Under the pieces are notes generated by a model, which was not told the origin of the DNA, searched no databases, and worked only from the letters and a program-made list of their open reading frames with translations. 64,000 nt of DNA, from assembly GCA_964485345.1 (NCBI GenBank), contig CAZAJB010000004.1, positions 9,758 to 73,757 of the forward strand, given 5' to 3'. Below, one piece after another: positions 7,642 to 16,769 of the stretch (the stretch's first letter is position 1; each line of letters opens with the position of its first letter). Made by a program: the position numbers and the translations under genes. The DNA is from an uncultured Clostridiaceae bacterium. GTDB lineage: Bacteria; Bacillota; Limnochordia; Darwinibacteriales; Darwinibacteriaceae.

Positions 7642-10600
7642 TCACCTGAGGCATGCAGACAATACCTCAGCTAGAAAAGCCAAGGCCCGATCATCCTGCT
7701 TATCTTTTTCCACCAGTAACTGGCCCACACGCCCATGGCGATAGGAAATCTTACCTCTATACTTCGTGTACAAAGCGGCATAGGTGTTGGCATCCATGGC
7801 GAGTCCTTCCAAGAATTTCAACTGGAATTTGGCACTGCGCGCGGAGATCGATCCAATCCCGACCAAGCGGGCGAGGATTTTAATCCTGGCAATCTGCAGC
7901 AGGTTACGCACCGCATCTGGCAAGTCGCCAAAGCGGTCCTGAACTTCCTCCTCGAGATCATCGCAGTCTTCCATTGTATCGAGGGCAATGATCTTCTGGT
8001 AGAGCTCTATTTTTTGTCCAGGATCAGAGACATAGCTGTCATCGATATAGGCGTCAACCTGTAGATCTAAAACCGGATCCGGTGGCGCAGCCTGCACTTC
8101 ACCATCGGTTTTCAGCTCGGCGATGGCATCCTCCAAGAGCTTGCAGTAGAGCTCAAAGCCTACAGAGGCAATGAAACCGTGTTGCTCAGGGCCGAGAAGG
8201 TTCCCTGCTCCGCGGATCTCCAGATCCCGCATGGCGATGCGAATACCCGAACCAAGCTCGGTGAATTCCTTAATGGCGCCGAGACGTTTTTCCGCCTCTT
8301 CGGTCAGGATCTTGTCTTTGCGATGGGTGAAATAGGCGTAGGCAACACGGTTCGTACGGCCAACCCGTCCGCGCAGCTGGTAGAGCTGGGCCAAGCCTAA
8401 ATGGTCTGCGTTATCGATGATCAGAGTGTTGACATTGCCGATATCCATACCAGTTTCAATAATTGTGGTACAGAGAAGAATATCAAACTCGCCCTGGTAA
8501 AAGTCGAGCATCACCCGTTCTAAGACCGACTCATCCATTTGTCCGTGGGCGATTGCGATCCTAGCCTCTGGCACGAGCTTGGCCAGTTCACCATAGACAT
8601 AGTCAATAGACTGGACCCGATTATGGACAAAGTAGACCTGGCCTTGCCTGGCAAGTTCGCGCAAGATAGCCTGGCGAATCAGTTGCTCGTCGTATTCCAC
8701 CACATAGGTGCGGATCGGATAGCGATCCTCTGGCGGTGTTTCGATCACACTCATATCCCGCGCTCCCACCATGGCCATGTGTAAGGTACGGGGAATAGGC
8801 GTAGCGGAAAGGGTTAGCACATCCACATTGGTGCTAAGTTCTTTCAACCTCTCCTTTTGGGCAACCCCGAAGCGCTGCTCCTCATCCACAATGACAAGGC
8901 CTAGGTCCTTAAAGGTCACGTCCTTAGAAAGGAGGCGGTGGGTGCCGATAACGATATCCACCGTACCCTTTTTGACGCCCTGCATGGTACGGGCGACCTC
9001 GCTTGGCGATTGAAAACGGCTGGCTACGGAGATCGAAATGGGAAACTCCTCAAAACGATCTTGAAAGGTGCGATGGTGCTGCTGGGCTAGGATCGTTGTT
9101 GGTACCAAGACTGCCACTTGCTTACTGCTGGCCACCGCCTTAAAGGCGGCGCGAATTGCCACCTCCGTCTTCCCATAGCCTACGTCTCCACACAGAAGGC
9201 GATCCATGGGCCGGGACTTTTCCATGTCGCGTTTTACGGCAGTAATGGCCTGCATTTGATCAGGGGTTTCCTGATAGGGAAAGGAGTTCTCTAGGTCACG
9301 CTGCCAGGGAGTATCTTCAGGAAAGGCAAAGCCCTGGATGGCCTCGCGCTCTGCATAGAGTTTGATCAACCCTGCCGCCATCTCCTGCACCGATTCTTTG
9401 GCGCGCTTTTTCACCCGAGCCCATTCGTTGCCGCCGAGTTTCGAGAGGCGGGGTGCACCCTCTTCCATCCCAATATAGCGTTGGAGGAGGTGAATCTGAT
9501 CGGTGGGTACATAGAGGCGATCTTCGCCGGCATAACGGATAAACAGATAGTCCTTAGAGCGGTTATCCACCTGCAGGACTTCTATACCTAGGTATTTCCC
9601 GATCCCATGATTGATATGGACCACATAATCGCCCACCCGTAGTTCCTGTGGCGTGAGGCGCAAACCCTCCTCAACCTTGGTGGGCTTGGGCTTTGTCTTC
9701 TGGCGTCCATACAGCTCGAGTTCTGTGAAGACTGCTAGTTTGAAGCCGGGAAACTCAAAGCCAGTCTCTAGGCCGCCTTGTGTTATGACGCAGCTACCGA
9801 TTTGCAGTTCCCTGTGCAGCTGGTCCACATAGACCGCGGGAATATCGTCATCGTGGAGCAGTTCTAGGAGACGTTCACCCTTCTCCCTAGAAGAAACCAG
9901 GCAAAGGATGCGGTAAAGGTCTTTACGGAGCTGCTTGATACGGTGCAGCATGCGCTCAATACTGCCCCCAAAATGTTCAGGCATGCGCAGATTCACTGAA
10001 ATGGAACTGAGGCTTTCCATGCCCGTCACTCTTTTGCCCAAGACTGCCAGGTAGATCGCATCATACTCCTGGAATTTGGTGAAGAGGGTGTTCCAATCGG
10101 CGAAGATTTTACTGAGACTACTAAGAATCCGGCCCCGGCGCAGGAGATGGCCAAAATTGTCCCCAATCTCCATCGACGCGTTAGCAGCCGCCTCTTTGAG
10201 GCGCACCGGTTCATCAAGGACGACCATCGTGTCTTGGGGCAGGTAGTCAAGGAGGGTGACGATCTCGCCAAAAAATCCTTTGTATTGGTCGATACCAGGA
10301 AAATACCCTTGCTGATCGAAGGCCTCTAAGTGACGGGCTCCCTGCGCCAGCAAGTCATCGGCCTCCTGGGCAAGCTGGAGCTTGTAAAGGCGTTCGCTCT
10401 GGATTTGCACTTCCGCCCAAATGGCTTCCCTAATCTCCTCTAGATCGGCTGGATCATAGAGCGTTTCTCTGGCGGCCTTGATCTTTACCTCTTGGATGTT
10501 CTCCAGGGATTTCTGCGTGGTGAAGTCAAAAATGCGCATGGAATCCACTTCGTCGCCGAAGAGCTCGATCCGAACAGGCCCACTGGAGAAGGAAGGAGCA

Positions 10601-11130
10601 ATATCTAAAATGCCACCCCTCGTACTGAACTGGCCGAACTTCTCCACTAAGGGTACCCGCTCGTAGCCGAGCGCGACCAAAGAGACTGCCACCTCACCAA
10701 GGTCGAGACGGGAGTCCATATTGATTGAAAATTCTGATTGTCTTAGGCGTTCTGGAGCTACCAAGCCTTCGAGTAGGCCGGTTATGGGTGCCAGAATGAT
10801 CGTTCCGGGCCGATATCCTTCTTGCAGGACTTCAAGTCTACTCGAGCGCAGGTCCAAGGCCGCGGGGGCCTCTTCATGGGGCATGAGCTCGTTACCTTCC
10901 CAGATTAAACTCCTGGCTCCCGGCAGTAAGCTAGAAAAGTCTACCGCCAGGCGTTCTGCCTGCATGAGGGTGCTGGTCACAACCAGCATCACCTTGGCTG
11001 GATCGTAGATGGTGCTCAGAAAGACCGAGCGTTGCCCCCCCGACAGACCCGTGACCATCTGGCGATGTTGGCCTGCATGGCTTACTTCTTTGCTTTGACG
11101 TACCAGGTCTACTAGACCTTGTAGAGACAA
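7642..11130 (-). CDS. mfd: Transcription-repair coupling factor Mfd
   Basis: 1162 aa. CarD-like RNAP-interacting domain ([18 protein letters not shown]), SF2 motifs [11 protein letters not shown] and DEEQRFG, and a TRCF C-terminal domain. TTG start with SD AAAGGGGGA. Confidence 0.95.
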   Translation of the reverse strand: MSLQGLVDLVRQSKEVSHAGQHRQMVTGLSGGQRSVFLSTIYDPAKVMLVVTSTLMQAERLAVDFSSLLPGARSLIWEGNELMPHEEAPAALDLRSSRLEVLQEGYRPGTIILAPITGLLEGLVAPERLRQSEFSINMDSRLDLGEVAVSLVALGYERVPLVEKFGQFSTRGGILDIAPSFSSGPVRIELFGDEVDSMRIFDFTTQKSLENIQEVKIKAARETLYDPADLEEIREAIWAEVQIQSERLYKLQLAQEADDLLAQGARHLEAFDQQGYFPGIDQYKGFFGEIVTLLDYLPQDTMVVLDEPVRLKEAAANASMEIGDNFGHLLRRGRILSSLSKIFADWNTLFTKFQEYDAIYLAVLGKRVTGMESLSSISVNLRMPEHFGGSIERMLHRIKQLRKDLYRILCLVSSREKGERLLELLHDDDIPAVYVDQLHRELQIGSCVITQGGLETGFEFPGFKLAVFTELELYGRQKTKPKPTKVEEGLRLTPQELRVGDYVVHINHGIGKYLGIEVLQVDNRSKDYLFIRYAGEDRLYVPTDQIHLLQRYIGMEEGAPRLSKLGGNEWARVKKRAKESVQEMAAGLIKLYAEREAIQGFAFPEDTPWQRDLENSFPYQETPDQMQAITAVKRDMEKSRPMDRLLCGDVGYGKTEVAIRAAFKAVASSKQVAVLVPTTILAQQHHRTFQDRFEEFPISISVASRFQSPSEVARTMQGVKKGTVDIVIGTHRLLSKDVTFKDLGLVIVDEEQRFGVAQKERLKELSTNVDVLTLSATPIPRTLHMAMVGARDMSVIETPPEDRYPIRTYVVEYDEQLIRQAILRELARQGQVYFVHNRVQSIDYVYGELAKLVPEARIAIAHGQMDESVLERVMLDFYQGEFDILLCTTIIETGMDIGNVNTLIIDNADHLGLAQLYQLRGRVGRTNRVAYAYFTHRKDKILTEEAEKRLGAIKEFTELGSGIRIAMRDLEIRGAGNLLGPEQHGFIASVGFELYCKLLEDAIAELKTDGEVQAAPPDPVLDLQVDAYIDDSYVSDPGQKIELYQKIIALDTMEDCDDLEEEVQDRFGDLPDAVRNLLQIARIKILARLVGIGSISARSAKFQLKFLEGLAMDANTYAALYTKYRGKISYRHGRVGQLLVEKDKQDDRALAFLAEVLSACLR

Positions 11131-11149
11131 TATCCATTCCCCCTTTTGG

Positions 11150-11740
11150 TCAAGTTTCCCTTTGTTTGCTTTGCTTTCGATTATACAGATTCATCACCGA
11201 GAGCAGATCCTCTTTCAGCCACATTTCGGTGGCCTCTACTGCCCGGGCTGCCCCATCTTCTAGTATCTTGGTTTCTGCCGCATCGATTCCCTGCAATACA
11301 TACTCCGCCGCTGCTAAAAAAGGTGGAGGCTGGCCGATTCCCACCCGCAAACGAGGAAAGGAATCGTTTTTTAAGTGCGTAATAATGTCGGACATCCCCC
11401 TGTGACCGCCGCTTGAGCCAGAGCCTTTGATCCGCAAAGAACCGGAGGGCAAATCCAAGTCATCGTAAATGATCAAGAGGTCCTCTAGATCAAGCCCATA
11501 GAAATTGACAAGATCCGCGACCGGTCTGCCGCTGCGATTCATGAAACTCTGGGGCTTGACGAGCATTACACGCCGTCCCAAGGCCCGGCCTTCACCATAG
11601 GTGGCACCAAATTTATGCTTGGTCAGGGGAATCTCAAGCTTCTTGCTGAGGCGATCGATGACCCAGAAACCTAGATTATGTCGCGTTTGCGCGTAACGAA
11701 GCCCTGGATTACCAAGGCCCACAATCACTCGTAGCAACAT
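11150..11740 (-). CDS. pth: Peptidyl-tRNA hydrolase
   Basis: MLLRVIVGLGNPGLRYAQTRHNLGF... I moved the start to ATG 11740 because the upstream extension in the track runs into the repeat element. Confidence 0.9.
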   Translation of the reverse strand: MLLRVIVGLGNPGLRYAQTRHNLGFWVIDRLSKKLEIPLTKHKFGATYGEGRALGRRVMLVKPQSFMNRSGRPVADLVNFYGLDLEDLLIIYDDLDLPSGSLRIKGSGSSGGHRGMSDIITHLKNDSFPRLRVGIGQPPPFLAAAEYVLQGIDAAETKILEDGAARAVEATEMWLKEDLLSVMNLYNRKQSKQRET

Positions 11741-11760
11741 ACAAGTACACCCGCCTTTCT

Positions 11761-11834
11761 GCTGAATGCTTCGCATTTAACTTACAAGTGGACGTTTCAC
11801 GAAGTGAAACTCCAAGCTGAATGCGAAGCATTCA
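11761..11834. repeat. Two-hairpin intergenic repeat, copy B, with an extra inverted arm
   Basis: 11791..11834 (gacgtttcacgaagtgaaactccaagctgaatgcgaagcattca) matches copy A. 11761..11777 (gctgaatgcttcgcatt) is the reverse complement of the arm at 11818..11834. Confidence 0.7.
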
Positions 11835-11846
11835 GCAAGGGATCAT

Positions 11847-11880
11847 AAGAAACGCACAGTGACATCGAAGGCACTGTGCG
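11847..11880 (-). terminator. Rho-independent terminator of ctc/rplY
   Basis: 9-bp stem cgcacagtg (11853..11861) / cactgtgcg (11872..11880), followed on the minus strand by tttctt. Confidence 0.7.
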
Positions 11881-11914
11881 ATTCAGTGATACCCGCCAAT
11901 GATTACAAAGGCTC

Positions 11915-12544
11915 TTATTCTTCAGACTCTGCTGCTTCTCCCTCAGCTTCTGGGGCATCCCCTTCGTCAAGCTCATCACTTTCTTCGCCTAGATCAACCG
12001 CGGCTGGAATAGCGATCTTGAGAACTGCTTCGTCAGCATCAACAAGCACTTCAACGCCTGCAGGCAGATCCAAATCAGCAACGGTGACCGCTTCGTCTAA
12101 CCCCATCTTGGTCACGTCAACCGAAATAGCCTCTGGAATATCCATTGGTAAGCAAAGCACCTCTAGTTCCCAAAGTAGGACTTGAACAACACCACCGTCG
12201 TTAGCACGATCGTCTTCGCCGATGATGCGAACAGGTACAATGATCTCCAGTTTCTTACTTAGATCAATTTCATGGAAGTCAAGATGCAGCAGTGTACCGC
12301 GCACTGGGTCGCGATGAATGTCTTTCACCAAGACGGTTTTGCTCGCGCCTCCAAGGTCTAGATCAATGAGGCTGCCATGGGCACTCATAGCCTTTTCAAC
12401 GTCGCGAATGCCCACCTCAATGCTGGTGGACTCTTTGCCAGATCCATATATTACTGCAGGGATCTTACCTTCTACCCTGAGTTTACGGGCATAGGACTTA
12501 CCGGTCTCGCTTCTTGCTTCTACTGTTAGCTGGTAATTAGCCAA
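11915..12544 (-). CDS. ctc: 50S ribosomal protein L25 / general stress protein Ctc
   Basis: 209 aa; ...RKLRVEGKIPAVIYG...HRDPVRGTLLHLDF... and an acidic C-terminal tail. Confidence 0.9.
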   Translation of the reverse strand: MANYQLTVEARSETGKSYARKLRVEGKIPAVIYGSGKESTSIEVGIRDVEKAMSAHGSLIDLDLGGASKTVLVKDIHRDPVRGTLLHLDFHEIDLSKKLEIIVPVRIIGEDDRANDGGVVQVLLWELEVLCLPMDIPEAISVDVTKMGLDEAVTVADLDLPAGVEVLVDADEAVLKIAIPAAVDLGEESDELDEGDAPEAEGEAAESEE

Positions 12545-12592
12545 TTTTCGCGCCTCCTTTTACATTCAATAATAATACCATTCCTGCTAGTT

Positions 12593-13540
12593 TTAGTCAA
12601 ACAACATGCTTACGGGGATTTCTTCGAAAATCCTGCGAATCGCCTCAGCCAAGAGTGGGGCCACCGAGAGTACGGTGAGCTTAGGAATCTGCTTTTCGGA
12701 CGGTAGGTGAATACTATCTGTCACGATGACTTCTTTCACAGGACACGCCTGCAGAATCTCCACCGCGGGGTCGGAAAAAACAGCATGGGTACCGCAGGCA
12801 TAAACCGCTTTGGCTCCCCGATCCAAAAGGGCATGGACGGCGTTGACTATGGTTCCGCCGGTGTCAATCATATCGTCGATCAGAACCGCGGTCTTACCTT
12901 CCACATCACCAATGAGATTCATCACTTGCGCCATGTTAGGAGCCGGACGGCGTTTATCGACAATGGCCAGTTGGGCATGGAGGCGATCGGCGAGTTCTCG
13001 CGAACGGACCACACCGCCCACATCAGGCGAGACGACAACAACGTCTTTCAGCTTCTTTTGCGCCAGGTATTCAGCAATAATCGGTATGCCTCGCAGATTG
13101 TCTACGGGAATATCAAAGAATCCCTGAATCTGTCCTGCATGCAGATCGAGAGTGACCGCTCGATCTGCCCCTGCCGCGGTCAGAACATTGGCCAGAAGTT
13201 TGGCTGAAATCGGATCACGAGGCTGGCTCTTGCGATCCTGACGAGCATAGGCGTAATAAGGAATAACAGGACAAACCACCTTGGCTGACGCTCTTTTCAT
13301 GGCATCAATCATGATTAAGAGTTCCATAATATGCTCTGCAGATGGATTGTTCAAGGGTTGCACGATATATACTTCTGCTCCCCGCACCGTTTCTCCGGTT
13401 CTTAAGCGTATTTCGCCATCTTTAAAACGCGTTAACTCCGACAACCCCAGCTCTAGGCCTAGGTAGCGGCAAATATCTAGGGCTAATTCCCTATTAGCAT
13501 TCCCCGAAAACACCTTTAGTCTCTTATTCGACATAGTCAT
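12593..13540 (-). CDS. prs: Ribose-phosphate pyrophosphokinase
   Basis: 315 aa; DLHAGQIQGFF, VVVSPDVGGV, LIDDMIDTGGT. Confidence 0.95.
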   Translation of the reverse strand: MTMSNKRLKVFSGNANRELALDICRYLGLELGLSELTRFKDGEIRLRTGETVRGAEVYIVQPLNNPSAEHIMELLIMIDAMKRASAKVVCPVIPYYAYARQDRKSQPRDPISAKLLANVLTAAGADRAVTLDLHAGQIQGFFDIPVDNLRGIPIIAEYLAQKKLKDVVVVSPDVGGVVRSRELADRLHAQLAIVDKRRPAPNMAQVMNLIGDVEGKTAVLIDDMIDTGGTIVNAVHALLDRGAKAVYACGTHAVFSDPAVEILQACPVKEVIVTDSIHLPSEKQIPKLTVLSVAPLLAEAIRRIFEEIPVSMLFD

Positions 13541-13561
13541 GTTGACTCTATACCCTCCATT

Positions 13562-14563
13562 TTAGTTGGTCATCAATGAAAAAGGTGCAACACTATCCCC
13601 TTTGGCCACCACCCTGCCAGAAATAATCGAATATTCCAGCGCCACTCCATCTAGAACCCGGGCTTTCTCTAAGCGACAATTCGGCCCTATATGGCAGTCT
13701 TGCCCAATCACCGTTCCTTTTTGAATGGAGCTCCCTGGGTATATAACTGTATCCTGACCAATTTGGCAATCCCATTCGATCCAGGTCGATTTGGGATCCA
13801 CAATTGTCACGCCCATCCTTTGCCAATGGGCGCACATGCGATCGCGCAAAATGGCCTCTGCCTCCGCCAGTTGAATGCGATCATTGATACCCATGCTTTC
13901 CGCTGGGTCTTCGAGCACAAAACCCCCGATTCGCTGACCACCCTGAACCATTAAGGGTAGTACATCAGGCAAGTAATACTCCGCCTGGGCGTTTGCCGGT
14001 GTAATTTGGGTTAGGTAGTGAAAAAGCTGCTTGCTGTCGAAACAATAGGTACCGGTATTAATTTCCTGGATTTGGCGCTCTGCGGAACTGGCATCCTTAT
14101 GCTCCACCACGCCTAGGACTTGACCATCCTCACCACGTAAGATTCTACCATACCCTGTGGGATCGTCAAACACAGCCGTGAGAATCGTGGCCGCCACTTC
14201 ACTCTCGTTATGGTATTTTAAGAGATCCTGGAAAGTATCACTGCGAAAGAGGGGAGTATCCCCATAGGTTACTAAAACCGGTCCGTCGAAATCTGCAAGG
14301 ATCGTACGGCATTGATCGACGGCATGGCCCGTACCTAACTGTTCTTCTTGCCGCGCCAGGGTTACACCATCCAAGACTTCGGCAACTCTGTCTCCCTGGT
14401 AACCAACGACCACAATAATCTCTTCAAACGAGGCTAACCTCACGCTGCGCACTGCATGATTGACCATTTCTAATCCCGCCAGCTCATGCAGAACTTTGGC
14501 CTTTTTGGACTGCATCCTGGAGCCCTGGCCGGCAGCTAGAATAATGGCCGCCGCTTTTCCCAT
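13562..14563 (-). CDS. glmU: GlmU-like N-acetylglucosamine-1-phosphate uridyltransferase, C-terminally short (333 aa)
   Basis: LAAGQGSRM, KVLH, LGTGHAV, YGDTPL, NTGTYCF and YYLPDV are uridyltransferase motifs. Only about 80 aa of left-handed beta-helix follow before the stop, which lies 21 nt from the prs start. Confidence 0.8.
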   Translation of the reverse strand: MGKAAAIILAAGQGSRMQSKKAKVLHELAGLEMVNHAVRSVRLASFEEIIVVVGYQGDRVAEVLDGVTLARQEEQLGTGHAVDQCRTILADFDGPVLVTYGDTPLFRSDTFQDLLKYHNESEVAATILTAVFDDPTGYGRILRGEDGQVLGVVEHKDASSAERQIQEINTGTYCFDSKQLFHYLTQITPANAQAEYYLPDVLPLMVQGGQRIGGFVLEDPAESMGINDRIQLAEAEAILRDRMCAHWQRMGVTIVDPKSTWIEWDCQIGQDTVIYPGSSIQKGTVIGQDCHIGPNCRLEKARVLDGVALEYSIISGRVVAKGDSVAPFSLMTN

Positions 14564-14608
14564 CGTTTTTCCTCCTTCATCTCACCTAAGCACTTCGAGA
14601 CGACTAGT

Positions 14609-15148
14609 TTACTTCCTCCCTCGTTTTGAAAGATCGTCGATAGCTTGGAGAAAGAGTTCGGTCTCTGTCAGTTTCTTTGGTTTTGCCGGCTCTTTTTTCA
14701 GTTTCTCCCTTGCCGCTTTTTCCATTTCCTCTTGCTTTTCCAGACTGGCTTTCAGTTGCGACAGCCCCGCTTGGGGAACGCTCCTGGTTAAGGCACCTTC
14801 CTGGTTCCTTCTTTCCCGATCTTGCTGCTCCTCATAGGCTGCTACAACACGGCCTGAGAACTGCCGAAGCTTACGGCGATTCTTAGCATCATCGCCCGTA
14901 ATCCTGAGGATGACATAGCCCATGTCTTCAAGACTCTCTTGCTTGGAAGCATCCTTAGAAATCTGCTCTTGGAGAACATGGTAGTAGCCATCCACCTCAA
15001 TACAGATGCGTTTACCAACCAAAATGTCCACTTCATGATCCTTAATCTGCACACGATGCTGGCAGGGCAGTCCACGTTTGCGAAGTTCATTGAAGACTTT
15101 TTGCTCTGTCAAATAGCCATAATCCTCATTCATTGTCTGCACCGCCAC
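14609..15148 (-). CDS. DUF559/Vsr-like PD-(D/E)xK endonuclease-fold protein with a K/E-rich C-terminal half
   Basis: 179 aa; E..VFNELRKRGLPCQHRVQIKDHEVDILVGKRICIEVDGYYH...MGYVILRI matches the DUF559 core pattern from memory. The C-terminal ~90 aa are a charged low-complexity or coiled coil region. Start is GTG 15148 or 15142. Confidence 0.6.
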   Translation of the reverse strand: MAVQTMNEDYGYLTEQKVFNELRKRGLPCQHRVQIKDHEVDILVGKRICIEVDGYYHVLQEQISKDASKQESLEDMGYVILRITGDDAKNRRKLRQFSGRVVAAYEEQQDRERRNQEGALTRSVPQAGLSQLKASLEKQEEMEKAAREKLKKEPAKPKKLTETELFLQAIDDLSKRGRK

Positions 15149-15153
15149 CCTCC

Positions 15154-15181
15154 AAAGAAAAACTCCGCCCAGGCGGCGGAG
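15154..15181 (-). terminator. Rho-independent terminator of purR
   Basis: Minus strand: ctccgcc - gcctg - ggcggag followed by tttttcttt. The hairpin spans 15163..15181. Confidence 0.65.
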
Positions 15182-15184
15182 CCC

Positions 15185-15997
15185 TTACACTGAAATCCAG
15201 TCAGCCGGACGAACCACTACTTTTTGCTGCTTAACGTCGACCTCCTGCAAATAGACTAAGGAGAGATGGTCTTCAATCAGTTTCTCTTCGGGCCAACCGG
15301 CTTCAATCAGCACGCCCTTACCCACCACAGTACACTCGAACTCACCCATGAGATCCGTAAGACCCCGCAGTGTGCCCCCGGCTTTCATAAAATCATCGAT
15401 CAAGAGCACCCGCGCACCCTTGGGTAGTGCCCGCCGCGAAAGAGACATGGTCTCCACTTGTCTGGCAGAACCGGATAAAAAGTTCATGGTCAGAACCAAA
15501 CCTTCTGTGGGGCGGCTTTGCCTGCGCACAACCACAAGGGGAATGTCTAGAGCCTGGGCCGCCTGCATGGCAACGGGTATACCAGCGGTTTCAACCGTGA
15601 CCACATATTCGGGCCTCTGCTCGGCAAAGGCGGTGGCAAAAATGGAGCCTACAGGCTGCAATAATTCAGGGGAAGAGGTTAAGTCCTCCATATAGACAAA
15701 GCCCCCGGACAAAATACGCTGCGGCTCTCGGAGGCGTACACAGATGTCTTCGACATGGGAGCATACTTGCTCCTTTGTTAAGATGGGAAGGTAGCGTACT
15801 CCTCCTACAGCACCTGAGATGGTTTCTACTTTACCAATCTGCAAGGTTTCAAATGTAGTGCGGATAATTGCCAGATCCTCGGATAATGTGGAACGGGCCA
15901 CACCAAAAAGATCAGCAAACTCACCCACCGCAAAAACATGGTGAGGTCTTTCTACTAGCGCTTTAGTGATGGCAGCAATACGGTGCGCTCGCCTCAT
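15185..15997 (-). CDS. purR: Pur operon repressor PurR
   Basis: N-terminal PurR wHTH (RIAAITKALVERPHHVF...LSEDLAII) plus a PRT domain (VLLIDDFMKAGGT). I moved the start to ATG 15997. Confidence 0.9.
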   Translation of the reverse strand: MRRAHRIAAITKALVERPHHVFAVGEFADLFGVARSTLSEDLAIIRTTFETLQIGKVETISGAVGGVRYLPILTKEQVCSHVEDICVRLREPQRILSGGFVYMEDLTSSPELLQPVGSIFATAFAEQRPEYVVTVETAGIPVAMQAAQALDIPLVVVRRQSRPTEGLVLTMNFLSGSARQVETMSLSRRALPKGARVLLIDDFMKAGGTLRGLTDLMGEFECTVVGKGVLIEAGWPEEKLIEDHLSLVYLQEVDVKQQKVVVRPADWISV

Positions 15998-15998
15998 G

Positions 15999-16769
15999 CT
16001 AGGCCTCCTTGTCTTGCACGGCGGCAATCGTTGTTTCAGCTAATTGTAGATCACTTGGTTTATCCACATCGGTACTTAGTTCGGGATAGGGGGAAATAAT
16101 GATGATGCTACTATGCCCCAAAATTTCACTGACCCGCTTCTCTAATTCGCGCAGCGCAAGTTGTTTTGTGGAAAATTTCAGAATAAAGAAGAACCCCAGC
16201 ATCCGTACGAGTTTCCAGGGCTTCTTGCGCCTAGCAATCACTTCATTCATAATCCAGCGCGAGTCGATCACGGCCTGGGGTCGGGCTAAGATAATGTTGC
16301 CCCCGGTAAAGGCGCCTTCTTTTAGGGTAAAGTAGGTACGGATTGTCTCCGGATACAACTGCTCATTAGCTTCCCGCGAGACCAGGGGGTAATAAATATC
16401 ACCCTCGAGCTCCCCACAGCGTTCAAGAAAATCATCAACGACTTCGGCATGAATAAAGGGGATATCCGAGGTAACAAAGAGCACATTGTTCTCCTTATCC
16501 AGGGCATCCATGGCGCGGAAAACATTCTCGGTTAGACTATCCCCCGATGCAATCCAGCGAACCTGGGGAGGTAGGATAGCTCTGATTTCTTCTGGGGCCA
16601 CCACAAGGATATCTGCAACACGAGATGAACTTTGCAGAGCCTCAATTACGTAATTGACCATGGGTTTACCGTGAATGGGAATTTCCGCCTCCCATTTTTC
16701 CGATCGAGCCTCCTGCAGCTGGCCACAGTTCGGGGCTCCCGCTAGTACTACGGCGTCCACTTTTGTCAC
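15999..16769 (-). CDS. MobA-like NTP-transferase-fold protein, unknown specificity
   Basis: 256 aa; VDAVVLAGAP...IHGKPMVNYVIEAL...LFVTSDIPF is a nucleotidyltransferase Rossmann-like N-terminus. Its GTG start overlaps the ispE stop and its stop lies 1 nt before the purR ATG. Confidence 0.55.
   Translation of the reverse strand: MTKVDAVVLAGAPNCGQLQEARSEKWEAEIPIHGKPMVNYVIEALQSSSRVADILVVAPEEIRAILPPQVRWIASGDSLTENVFRAMDALDKENNVLFVTSDIPFIHAEVVDDFLERCGELEGDIYYPLVSREANEQLYPETIRTYFTLKEGAFTGGNIILARPQAVIDSRWIMNEVIARRKKPWKLVRMLGFFFILKFSTKQLALRELEKRVSEILGHSSIIIISPYPELSTDVDKPSDLQLAETTIAAVQDKEA

Noticed and set aside
16060-16068. Isolated perfect DnaA boxes inside coding regions: TTATCCACA at 16060..16068 in the NTP-transferase gene and at 23765..23773 in the helicase gene.
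   Set aside because: About 0.5 perfect 9-mers are expected by chance in 64 kb on both strands. Each is a single box without neighbouring boxes, so I cannot distinguish them from chance. The one in the helicase gene would only become interesting if DnaA ChIP shows binding.
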